Assembly: GCA_950097015.1 (NCBI GenBank)
Contig: CATNEN010000037.1
Location: 1,116,001-1,180,000, forward strand
Origin: Macrostomum hystrix
Lineage: Eukaryota > Animalia > Platyhelminthes
Reading direction: 5' to 3'
DNA: 64,000 nt
Shown: piece by piece, positions 47,601-57,469 of the stretch
Layout: every line of letters begins with the position of its first letter
Numbering within the stretch: the stretch's first letter is position 1
Made by a program: the position numbers and the translations under genes
The notes under the pieces: model-generated
The model's database searches: none
What the model saw: only the letters and a program-made list of their open reading frames with translations
What the model was told of the DNA's origin: nothing

Positions 47601-50209
47601 TGAGACAAACACATTCCACAGTGAAACACAAACACATTCCACAGTGAAACACAAACACATTCCACAGTGAAACACAAACACATTCCACAGTGAAACACAA
47701 ACACATTCCACGTGAGACAAACACATTCCACAGTGAAACACAAACACATTCCACAGTGAGACAAACACATTCCACAGTAAAACACAAACACATTCCACAG
47801 TGAAACACAAACACATTCCACAGTGAAACACAAACACATTCCACAGTGAAACACAAACACATTCCACGTGCGACAAACACATTCCACAGTGAAACACAAA
47901 CACATTCCACAGTGAAACACAAACACATTCCACAGTGAAACACAAACACATTCCACAGTGAAACACAAACACATTCCACAGTAAAACACAAACACATTCC
48001 ACAGTAAAACACAAACACATTCCACAGTGAAACACAAACACATTCCACAGTGAGACACAAACACATTCCATAGTGAAACACAAACACATTCCATAGTGAA
48101 ACACAAACACATTCCACGTGCGACAAACACATTCCACAGTGAAACACAAACACATTCCACAGTGAAACACAAACACATTCCACAGTGAAACACAAACACA
48201 TTCCACAGTGAAACACAAACACATTCCACAGTGAAACACAAACACATTCCACAGTGAAACACAAACACATTCCACAGTGAGACACAAACATATTCCACAG
48301 TGAAACACAAACATATTCCACAGTGAAACACAAACATATTCCACAGTGAAACACAAACACATTCCACAGTGCCATGTAAGCACATTCCACAGTAAAACAA
48401 AAACACATTCCACAATGAGACACAAATGCACTACCTGCGAATCTGTGCAATGAAACAGCTCCCCATTCCACAGCAGGAGCCGACGCCTCTGATCCTCTCC
48501 GCCGTCGCTGTCGAGCCACTCAGCCGGCTGCAGGCGTGGCTGCAGGCCTCGCTGATGCAGCACGCATCCAGCTAGGTGAAGCCGTCCCGCTGACATCCTT
48601 GACAGGCCGTCAGGGCCGCGATTTGACCAGCACTCCCGAGACAGGTCCAACTGTGCGAGGATTGATTGAGCAGGTGAGAATCGGTTGATTGAGAACATAT
48701 TGGAGATTAAAAACTAAAGGGATATTGAGCACACGTGGGATATTGAGTCTAATCTCAGTGTCTAATCTCAGTGGCTAATCTCAGTGTCTAATCTCAGTGT
48801 CAAATCTCAGTGTCTAATCTAGGAGTCTAATCTCAGTGTCTAATCTCAGTGGCTAATCTCAGTCTCTAATCTCAGTGTCTAATCTCAGTGTCTAATCTCA
48901 GTGTCTAATCTCAGTGTCTAATCTCAGTCTCTAATCTCAGTGTCTAATCTCAGTGTCTAATCTCAGTGTCTAATCTCAGTGTCTAATCTCAGTGTCTAAT
49001 CTCAGTGTCTAATCTCAGTGTCTAATCTCAGTGTCTAATCTCAGTGTCTAATCTCAGTGTCTAATCTCAGTGTCTAATCTCAGTGTCAAATCTCAGTGTC
49101 AAATCTCAGTGTCTAATCTCAGTGTCAAATCTCAGTGTCTAATCTCAGTGTCTAATCTCAGTGTCTAATCTCAGTCTCTAATCTCAGTGTCTAATCTCAG
49201 TGTCTAATCTCAGTCTCTAATCTCAGTGTCTAATCTCAGTGTCTAATCTCAGTGTCTAATCTCAGTGTCTAATCTCAGTGTCTAATCTCAGTGTCTAATC
49301 TCAGTGTCTAATCTCAGTGTCTAATCTCAGTGTCTAATCTCAGTGTCAAATCTCAGTGTCAAATCTCAGTGTCTAATCTCAGTGTCTAATCTCAGTGTCT
49401 AATCTCAGTCTCTAATCTCAGTGTCTAATCTCAGTGTCTAATCTCAGTGTCTAATCTCAGTGTCTAATCTCAGTGTCGAATCTCAGTGTCTAATCTCAGT
49501 GTCTAATCTCAGTGTCAAATCTCAGTGTCAAATCTCAGTGTCAAATCTCAGTGTCTAATCTCAGTGTCTAATCTCAGTCTCTAATCTCAGTGTCTAATCT
49601 CAGTGTCTAATCTCAGTGTCTAATCTCAGTGTCTAATCTCAGTGTCTAATCTAGGAGTCTAATCTCAGTGTCTAATCTCAGTGGCTAATCTCAGTGTCTA
49701 ATCTCAGTGTCTAATCTCAGTGTCTAATCTCAGTCTCTAATCTCAGTGTCTAATCTCAGTGTCTAATCTCAGTGTCAAATCTCAGTGTCTAATCTCAGTG
49801 TCTAATCTCAGTGTCTAATCTCAGTGTCTAATCTCAGTGTCTAATCTCAGTGTCTAATCTCAGTGTCTAATCTCAGTGTCAAATCTCAGTGTCAAATCTC
49901 AGTGTCTAATCTCAGTGTCAAATCTCAGTGTCTAATCTCAGTGTCTAATCTCAGTGTCTAATCTCAGTATCTAATCTCGGTGTCTAATCTCAGTATCTAA
50001 TCTCAGTGTCTAATCTCAGTGTCTAATCTCAGTGTCTAATCTCAGTGTCTAATCTCAGTATCTAATCTAATAGTAGAATCCCAGAGCCTAATCCCAGAGA
50101 AAAATCCCAGAGTCTAAAGCCAAGGCCGCTCGCTCACCTGACTGAGTTTGCATTGGCGCCCATCGGAACATTGGTCAGTGCAGCATAGCAGGGCAAAGAT
50201 GCCACACAT
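11468..50209 (-). CDS. ASNSD1: Asparagine synthetase domain-containing protein 1, 11 coding exons, 625 aa
   Basis: All exons join with GT-AG introns and consistent phases (1878 nt). Motifs in order: [121 protein letters not shown], which match the ASNSD1 family as I recall it. Confidence 0.96.
11805..12945. repeat. 24-bp minisatellite (gggtcaggagtaggtcatgggaat) with a 453-bp higher-order duplication
   Basis: Direct reading; identical blocks start at 11811 and 12264. Confidence 0.95.
13076..13166 (-). CDS. ASNSD1: ASNSD1 exon 10: [30 protein letters not shown]
   Basis: ctacag|A acceptor, AAG|gtgcta donor. Confidence 0.95.
13530..13785. repeat. 20-bp minisatellite (gacactgtgagtgagagagt)
   Basis: Direct reading. 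Confidence 0.95.
13800..17730. repeat. 23-bp purine-rich satellite (agttagaagaggcagtgagggag), about 170 copies
   Basis: Direct reading; variants gagccagt and agtttgaaggggcag. Confidence 0.98.
18385..19420. repeat. 44-bp minisatellite (ttcgtttcagtgggacttaggatttttacagttgggatttggga)
   Basis: Direct reading. Confidence 0.95.
19983..20066 (-). CDS. ASNSD1: ASNSD1 exon 9: [28 protein letters not shown]
   Basis: ttcag|C acceptor, AG|gtgagc donor; conserved RNLGRDDR. Confidence 0.93.
23983..29219 (+). CDS. Class A peptide GPCR, NPY/NPF/RFamide-receptor-like, join(23983..24889,28666..29219), 486 aa
   Basis: Seven hydrophobic segments; N-terminal NGS sequon; TM1 SN; TM2 [11 protein letters not shown]; TM3 Cys and DRY ([10 protein letters not shown]); ECL2 CAERWP; ICL3 [13 protein letters not shown]; TM6 FWSPW; TM7 [10 protein letters not shown]. 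Phase-1 intron G|gtaagc ... cacag|GC. An acceptor-like AG at 23965-23966 suggests a further 5' exon or trans-splicing. Subfamily assignment is by motif recognition only. Confidence 0.9.
28168..28440. repeat. 46-bp tandem repeat (tttaacaacagtttcagtcgctttttagacgtttcacaagaggatg), about 6 copies, in the GPCR intron
   Basis: Direct reading. Confidence 0.9.
29857..29924 (-). CDS. ASNSD1: ASNSD1 exon 8: [22 protein letters not shown]
   Basis: ccgcag|GTG acceptor, AG|gtttct donor. Confidence 0.93.
29950..30180. repeat. 21-bp minisatellite (gacttcacacctaccccgtca) filling ASNSD1 intron 7
   Basis: Direct reading. Confidence 0.95.
30203..30356 (-). CDS. ASNSD1: ASNSD1 exon 7: [26 protein letters not shown]...YRSPAK
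   Basis: cgtag|A acceptor, AAG|gtttga donor. Confidence 0.93.
30415..30615. repeat. 29-bp minisatellite (tctaggtgtctcgtagggtgtcagatgag) filling ASNSD1 intron 6
   Basis: Direct reading. Confidence 0.93.
30667..30701 (-). CDS. ASNSD1: ASNSD1 exon 6 (35 bp): [12 protein letters not shown]
   Basis: gtttcag|ATC acceptor, AG|gtattg donor; phases fit both neighbouring exons. Confidence 0.88.
30865..36545. repeat. 21-bp satellite (aatgtcactgaatctgtacac), interrupted by a Helitron at 31098-33515
   Basis: About 11 units left and about 144 units right of the insertion; 777-bp higher-order blocks. Confidence 0.97.
31098..33515 (+). mobile_element. Non-autonomous Helitron (internally deleted and frameshifted Rep-helicase remnant)
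   Basis: Starts with TC after an A (TCTATATATATAAAAGTG followed by (ctgt)n) and ends in CTAG before a T, with a small tgccc...gggca hairpin upstream. Rep-region remnants ([38 protein letters not shown]) and PIF1-like helicase motifs ([31 protein letters not shown]) are spread across shifted frames. Confidence 0.95.
37045..38800. repeat. 19-20 bp satellite (gatctgaggatcagttgggg)
   Basis: Direct reading. Confidence 0.96.
38933..39164 (-). CDS. ASNSD1: ASNSD1 exon 5: [15 protein letters not shown]...[28 protein letters not shown]
   Basis: accacag|A acceptor, TGC|gtgagt donor; not in the ORF track, translated by hand. Confidence 0.93.
39225..40210. repeat. 33-bp minisatellite (tcaggttagcttttcaagacatccttcagccaa)
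   Basis: Direct reading. Confidence 0.95.
40760..41220. repeat. 24-bp minisatellite (aatgagttgagaatatgagcagtc)
   Basis: Direct reading. Confidence 0.95.
41570..43020. repeat. 24-bp minisatellite (gcgattctaggctaggctctagct and variants)
   Basis: Direct reading. Confidence 0.95.
43620..43895. repeat. 30-bp minisatellite (gacccaaaaggtgctcaccacgatggcact)
   Basis: Direct reading. Confidence 0.93.
44340..44900 (+). repeat. G-rich degenerate repeat (gggtgagagggagggg-like)
   Basis: Dense GGG/GGGG runs. Confidence 0.85.
45011..45594 (-). CDS. ASNSD1: ASNSD1 exon 4: [19 protein letters not shown]...[20 protein letters not shown]
   Basis: cccgcag|TCG acceptor, CG|gtaagc donor. Confidence 0.95.
45650..45835 (-). 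mobile_element. tRNA-derived SINE
   Basis: Minus strand shows A-box tagcctagtgg, B-box ggttcgattc, a body with agcaagacacttaac...cacccagctgttaaatggg, and a tail cagtccatggactgaacag. Confidence 0.75.
46030..46170 (-). mobile_element. Truncated or diverged related SINE
   Basis: B-box gttcgaatc, cttgctcaaggccctta body, same cagtccatggact tail. Confidence 0.5.
46525..46980. repeat. 13-bp satellite (acactgagattag) in ASNSD1 intron 3
   Basis: Direct reading; reverse complement of the 48745-50070 array. Confidence 0.95.
46988..47110 (-). CDS. ASNSD1: ASNSD1 exon 3: [16 protein letters not shown]...[11 protein letters not shown]
   Basis: ccacag|GTG acceptor, GCT|gtaagg donor. Confidence 0.93.
47230..48420. 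repeat. 23-bp minisatellite (acacaaacacattccacagtgaa) filling ASNSD1 intron 2
   Basis: Direct reading. Confidence 0.96.
48435..48650 (-). CDS. ASNSD1: ASNSD1 exon 2: [14 protein letters not shown]...[15 protein letters not shown]
   Basis: cgcacag|TTG acceptor, CAG|gtagtg donor. Confidence 0.92.
48745..50070. repeat. 13-bp satellite (ctaatctcagtgt), about 100 copies, in ASNSD1 intron 1
   Basis: Direct reading. Confidence 0.96.
50138..50209 (-). CDS. ASNSD1: ASNSD1 exon 1: [24 protein letters not shown]
   Basis: MCGI start typical of class II glutamine amidotransferase domains; CAG|gtgagc donor. Confidence 0.92.
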
Positions 50210-50449
50210 TTATTTTTGAAGCGGTTTCTCTTTATTATTATATTATAATTACGATAATGCGCTGAATTATTGTTTTCCGGAAACTGAAAATCAGCTGAAA
50301 TTTTAATTGAAACACTTAGCCTCTTTAACATTCGAGGACGAAATTCTAGAAAATGTAGTCATCAAGTACAAAACATAATAATAATACTAATAGATTACCT
50401 CTGACCTGATTGAGCCCACAGCTGTGCCAATAAGGGACGCATCTGAAGG

Positions 50450-50660
50450 CTGCGTACGGCTGTTCAGTCCGTGGACTGGGAGCGGCACCACAAGTACTTT
50501 TAATTACCCCAGCTAATGCTGCTATCCATTTAACAGCTGGTGAAAATGAATCAATTTATTGTTGACTGTCATGCTAAACGACAGTCAAATTTTTCAGCGG
50601 AGTCGGGAATCGAACCCGTGACCTTCAAATCGCGAGTCCGAAGGTCTGACAGCTAAGCTA
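50450..50660 (-). mobile_element. tRNA-derived SINE (same family as 45650-45835)
   Basis: A-box-like tagcttagctg, B-box gggttcgattccc, accagctgttaaatgg body, cagtccacggactgaacag tail. Confidence 0.72.
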
Positions 50661-51669
50661 GAAGACAATGAATCACAGTATCTAATCTCAGTGTCCATGG
50701 ACTAATATACACGAAAGAAGGATCCAAAAGGATCTGATTGAGAGGTTCTTGAAGGTAAGATGTTGGTGGTTCAAAAAGTATTGTGGACTACATGAATTGA
50801 CTGGAACAGCACATTGTTCAGATGTGATTTTTCCAAAAGCCCAAATTTAGATATTGGTATGCCCTATCCCTAGCGACCCGATAACAGAATGACAAATGAA
50901 AGACCAGAACGAAATTCCATTGTATCTGGGGGCTTGGCGTTGCTTACAGTATAGACAATCATTCAGTAAGGGAAAAAGTAAAAATAAGCAGCTGTATAGA
51001 GACTGAAACTAAAAAACTTTGGACTATTTTCTGCATCAGTGGCTCGCCCAGCTTGGTCGAAGTTGCAGAATCGAAAAAATCTGGGGAAAAAACTAAATCC
51101 GTTTGCAGCCGCAGGTAACTAGGGACAGGGATATTTGTTCGGGACAAAGTTTTTTTGCGCATTTTCTGCTACTTCACCCCGCAATGGCAATGTTAATTCT
51201 GGTTGCGCTTATTTTGAACAGTGGCCTGAACTAATCAAATATATGACCGAACAATAATTACATGTAGTCATCAGCAAACACTAGCCTCAGCTCGTACGCT
51301 CGTAGCTATAAAAAACCTCAGTACTGAACTTGTCCATCGATCCAACAGCAAGATAGCTTTGTTACTGCCCCAACGTAAAATTCTGTAACAAGTAACGGAT
51401 AACATCTATGCTTTAATTCAGGATAATAAAAGATGGTTGGACCTGAAGGACACTAGAAAATGTTTGTTCAAGAAAAAAACTATCTCAGTTCTCAAGACCA
51501 AACCAAGTACCACAGAAACAAAAATTGTTAGATGCCATTTTTGTCAGAATGAGGCATCTTTTTTCAAGTAAAACAGAGACAAATACAGACACACACACAA
51601 ACACACAAGCAACTAGGATTTTTCCAGTTTTGTCAACAAAACATAGCACAGATAGTTTAGTATAATCTC

Positions 51670-54600
51670 ACGACCAGACGAACGACCAGAAACATTTCAA
51701 CAACGACCAGAAACCTTTCATCAACGACCAGAAACGTTTCATCAACGACCAGAAACATTTCAACAACGACCAGAAACGTTTCATCAACGACCAGAAACAT
51801 TTCAACAACGACCAGAAACGTTTCATCAACGACCAGAAACGTTTCATTAACGACCAGAAACATTTCATCAACGACCAGAAACGTTTCATCAAAGACCAGA
51901 AACGTTTCATCAACGACCAGAAGCGTTTCATCAACGACCAGAAACGTTTCATCAACGACCAGAAGCGTTTCATCAACGACCAGAAACGTTTCATCAACGA
52001 CCAGAAACGTTTCATCAACGACCAGAAGCGTTTCATCAACTACCAGAAACGTTTCATCAACAACTAGAAACGTTTCGTCAACTACGAGTACCAGACACAT
52101 TTTAATAACCACCAGGTCCATTTCATCAACGATTAGACACATTTCAATAACCACCAGGTCCATTTCATCAACGATTAGACACATTTCAATAACCACCAGG
52201 TCCATTTCATCAACGATTAGACACATTTCAATAACCACCAGGTCCATTTCATCAACGATTAGACACATTTCAATAACCACCAGGTCCATTTCATCAACGA
52301 TTAGACACATTTCAATAACCACCAGGTCCATTTCATCAACGATTAGACACATTTCAATAACCACCAGGTCCATTTCATCAACGATTAGACACATTTCAAT
52401 AACCACCAGGTCCATTTCATCAACGATTAGACACATTTCAATAACCACCAGGTCCATTTCATCAACGATTAGACACATTTCAATAACCACCAGGTCCATT
52501 TCATCAACGATTAGACACATTTCAATAACCACCAGGTCCATTTCATCAACGATTAGACACATTTCAATAACCACCAGGTCCATTTCATCAACGATTAGAC
52601 ACATTTCAATAACCACCAGGTCCATTTCATCAACGATTAGACACATTTTTATAACCACCAGGTCCATTTCATCAACGACCAGACACATTTTTATAACCAC
52701 CAGGTCCATTTCATCAACGATTAGACACATTTTTATAACCACCAGGTCCATTTCATCAACGATTAGACACATTTCAATAACCACCAGGTCCATTTCATCA
52801 ACGATTAGACACATTTCAATAACCACCAGGTCCATTTCATCAACGATTAGACACATTTCAATAACCACCAGGTCCATTTCATCAACGATTAGACACATTT
52901 CAATAACCACCAGGTCCATTTCATCAACGATTAGACACATTTCAATAACCACCAGGTCCATTTCATCAACGATTAGACACATTTCAATAACCACCAGGTC
53001 CATTTCATCAACGATTAGACACATTTCAATAACCACCAGGTCCATTTCATCAACGATTAGACACATTTCAATAACCACCAGGTCCATTTCATCAACGATT
53101 AGACACATTTCAATAACCACCAGGTCCATTTCATCAACGATTAGACACATTTCAATAACCACCAGGTCCATTTCATCAACGATTAGACACATTTCAATAA
53201 CCACCAGGTCCATTTCATCAACGATTAGACACATTTCAATAACCACCAGGTCCATTTCATCAACGACCAGACACATTTTTATAACCACCAGGTCCATTTC
53301 ATCAACGATTAGACACATTTCAATAACCACCAGGTCCATTTCATCAACGATTAGACACATTTCAATAACCACCAGGTCCATTTCATCAACGATTAGACAC
53401 ATTTCAATAACCACCAGGTCCATTTCATCAACGATTAGACACATTTCAATAACCACCAGGTCCATTTCATCAACGATTAGACACATTTCAATAACCACCA
53501 GGTCCATTTCATCAACGATTAGACACATTTCAATAACCACCAGGTCCATTTCATCAACGATTAGACACATTTCAATAACCACCAGGTCCATTTCATCAAC
53601 GATTAGACACATTTCAATAACGACAAGGCTCATTTCATTAACGACCGCAGATCAAGAATCACGCACTTCATTAACGGCCAGACACATTTCAATAACGACA
53701 AGGCTCATTTCATTAACGACCGCAGATCAAGAATCACGCACTTCATTAACGGCCAGACACATTTCAATAACCACCAGGTCCATTTCATCAACGATTAGAC
53801 ACATTTCAATAACCACCAGGTCCATTTCATCAACGATTAGACACATTTCAATAACCACCAGGTCCATTTCATCAACGATTAGACACATTTCAATAACCAC
53901 CAGGTCCATTTCATCAACGATTAGACACATTTCAATAACCACCAGGTCCATTTCATCAACGACCAGACACATTTTTATAACCACCAGGTCCATTTCATCA
54001 ACGATTAGACACATTTCAATAACCACCAGGTCCATTTCATCAACGATTAGACACATTTCAATAACCACCAGGTCCATTTCATCAACGATTAGACACATTT
54101 CAATAACCACCAGGTCCATTTCATCAACGATTAGACACATTTCAATAACCACCAGGTCCATTTCATCAACGATTAGACACATTTCAATAACCACCAGGTC
54201 CATTTCATCAACGATTAGACACATTTCAATAACCACCAGGTCCATTTCATCAACGATTAGACACATTTCAATAACCACCAGGTCCATTTCATCAACGATT
54301 AGACACATTTCAATAACCACCAGGTCCATTTCATCAACGATTAGACACATTTCAATAACCACCAGGTCCATTTCATCAACGATTAGACACATTTCAATAA
54401 CCACCAGGTCCATTTCATCAACGATTAGACACATTTCAATAACCACCAGGTCCATTTCATCAACGATTAGACACATTTCAATAACCACCAGGTCCATTTC
54501 ATCAACGATTAGACACATTTCAATAACCACCAGGTCCATTTCATCAACGACCAGACACATTTTTATAACCACCAGGTCCATTTCATCAACGATTAGACAC

Positions 54601-55570
54601 ATTTCAATAACCACCAGGTCCATTTCATCAACGATTAGACACATTTCAATAACCACCAGGTCCATTTCATCAACGATTAGACACATTTCAATAACCACCA
54701 GGTCCATTTCATCAACGATTAGACACATTTCAATAACCACCAGGTCCATTTCATCAACGATTAGACACATTTCAATAACCACCAGGTCCATTTCATCAAC
54801 GATTAGACACATTTCAATAACCACCAGGTCCATTTCATCAACGATTAGACACATTTCAATAACGACAAGGCTCATTTCATTAACGACCGCAGATCAAGAA
54901 TCACGCACTTCATTAACGGCCAGACACATTTCAATAACGACAAGGCTCATTTCATTAACGACCGCAGATCAAGAATCACGCACTTCATTAACGGCCAGAC
55001 ACATTTCAATAACCACCAGGTCCATTTCATCAACGATTAGACACATTTCAATAACCACCAGGTCCATTTCATCAACGACCAGACACATTTTTATAACCAC
55101 CAGGTCCATTTCATCAACGATTAGACACATTTCAATAACCACCAGGTCCATTTCATCAACGATTAGACACATTTCAATAACCACCAGGTCCATTTCATCA
55201 ACGATTAGACACATTTCAATAACCACCAGGTCCATTTCATCAACGATTAGACACATTTCAATAACCACCAGGTCCATTTCATCAACGATTAGACACATTT
55301 CAATAACCACCAGGTCCATTTCATCAACGATTAGACACATTTCAATAACCACCAGGTCCATTTCATCAACGATTAGACACATTTCAATAACCACCAGGTC
55401 CATTTCATCAACGATTAGACACATTTCAATAACGACAAGGCTCATTTCATTAACGACCGCAGATCAAGAATCACGCACTTCATTAACGGCCAGACACATT
55501 TCAATAACGACAAGGCTCATTTCATTAACGACCGCAGATCAAGAATCACGCACTTCATTAACGGCCAGAC
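51670..55570. repeat. Compound satellite: 21-bp unit (gaccagaaacgtttcatcaac) changing at about 52090 to a 42-bp unit (catttcaataaccaccaggtccatttcatcaacgattagaca), with interspersed longer variant blocks
   Basis: Direct reading; 7-aa and 14-aa periodic ORFs. Confidence 0.97.
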
Positions 55571-55988
55571 ACATTTTATTAACACTATATACAAGTACAA
55601 CTCACAAGTAACTAATAGCAGAAAAGTTTCTTGAGTTGGTCAACACAATCACAATTTTTTAGCTGTCGCTATTACGATGTCAACCAAATGGTGCTAAGTA
55701 TCACAAAGGAATTTTTGTATTACGATTCGATAGTTTTTATTATATTCTAAAACATTTTTATTCGGATATCTATTCAACAGAAAAGAATTAAATAGAATAA
55801 GTAGAGACTATATTTAAGAGTTTTAAAAAAATGATTTTTTCAGTTACAATGTTTGAAACTGTTTAATTCATTATTGTTTATTATATATTTTACATTGAAA
55901 ATGCACTTTGTAGATTAATTGTCTTACAATAAAATATTTTATCTCGTAACTTGCATGAACAAACTGATTGAGTGACTGACTAGTAAAG

Positions 55989-56375
55989 TCAGCTCCGAGA
56001 TGCAGATTTCAGGCCCGTCGCTGAGGCTGCCTCGGCCTTGACACCAACTGCTGGCGGCTGCAACAGCAACAGCTTGTCAGTTTGGCCAACCAGCCTGATG
56101 CTGGGACTGGGAGATGCGTCAGCCCGCTGCTGATCCGCCAGTTCAAAGTACATCACAGTGCCGGCAGCGTCTTTGTAACGACCGCGCAAGTCCAGGCGGC
56201 CCTGCTGCAGCCGAGGTCTGGTCGAGTCCAGGCCGGTGATCCGGCAGGGCCGCTCCAGGCCGCTTATCAACAGGTGACCGCCATGCTCCACGTGAACTAG
56301 GCGTTCGTCCACTGTCTCCCAGTTGGCGCTGTCATCATGGGCTGATGCCTGCTGCTGCTTAGTCGCCGTTGTCAT
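55989..56375 (-). CDS. GTF3C6: TFIIIC subunit 6 (GTF3C6/Sfc7-like) homologue, single exon, 128 aa
   Basis: ERLVHVEHGG...CRITGLDSTRPRLQ...LRGRYKDAAGTVMYFE matches the TFIIIC_sub6 pattern (LVxVELSG..CKVLGIDTERPILQ..FAGEYEDTLGTCVIFE as recalled); ATG at 56375; AATAAA near 55880. Confidence 0.8.
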   Translation of the reverse strand: MTTATKQQQASAHDDSANWETVDERLVHVEHGGHLLISGLERPCRITGLDSTRPRLQQGRLDLRGRYKDAAGTVMYFELADQQRADASPSPSIRLVGQTDKLLLLQPPAVGVKAEAASATGLKSASRS

Positions 56376-56419
56376 CAGCTTGGAGTTTTTTTTCTGGTAA
56401 AACTGCAATTTTTTTTCAA

Positions 56420-57245
56420 TATTTCATAAGAGACCAGACACTTTCATAAGAGACCAGACACATTCATATGAGACCAGACACATTCATATGAGACCAGACA
56501 CATTCATATGAGACCAGACACATTCATATGAGACCAGACACATTTATAAGAGACCAGACACATTCATAACAGACCAGACACATTCATAACAGACCAGACA
56601 CATTCATATGAGACCAGACACTTTCATAAGAGACCAGACACATTCATATGAGACCAGACACATTTATAAGAGACCAGACACATTCATAACAGACCAGACA
56701 CATTCATATGAGACCAGACGCTTTCATAAGAGACCAGACACATTCATATGAGACCAGACACATTTATAAGAGACCAGACACATTCATAACAGACCAGACA
56801 CATTCATAACAGACCAGACACATTCATATGAGACCAGACACTTTCATAAGAGACCAGACACATTCATATGAGACCAGACACATTCATATGAGACCAGACA
56901 CATTCATAAGAGACCAGACACATTCATATGAGACCAGACACATTTATAAGAGACCAGACACATTCATAACAGACCAGACACATTCATAAGAGACCAGACA
57001 CATTCATAAGAGACCAGACACATTCATATGAGACCAGACACATTCATAAGAGACCAGACACATTCATATGAGACCAGACACATTCATAAGAGACCAGACA
57101 CATTCATATGAGACCAGACACATTCATAAGAGACCAGACACATTCATATGAGACCAGACACATTTATAAGAGACCAGACACATTCATAACAGACCAGACA
57201 CATTCATATGAGACCAGACACTTTCATAAGAGACCAGACACTTCA
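56420..57245. repeat. 20-bp minisatellite (gaccagacacattcatatga)
   Basis: Direct reading. Confidence 0.96.
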
Positions 57246-57469
57246 GTTCAAAAACACATTACAGATTATTTTGTCCAGTTATATTGTACATCACTCTCCA
57301 ATACTTTGATTTCCAGGCCACTGTTCAAAATATTTTAATAAAAAAAACAAAAACCTTTTTTTTAAATCGTACAAATTAAAAACTGTACAGGATAGCTCTA
57401 TTAATAAATTCATTTTGAAGAAAATTTAGTTGTATATAAAATATTACCGAGCTCACTAAGCTTTTCATT

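Noticed and set aside
50210-55980. Search for an ASDURF (prefoldin-like uORF) orthologue upstream of ASNSD1
   Set aside because: No frame resembling ASDURF was found by eye in the non-repeat parts. A profile search would be needed to exclude a diverged, spliced version.
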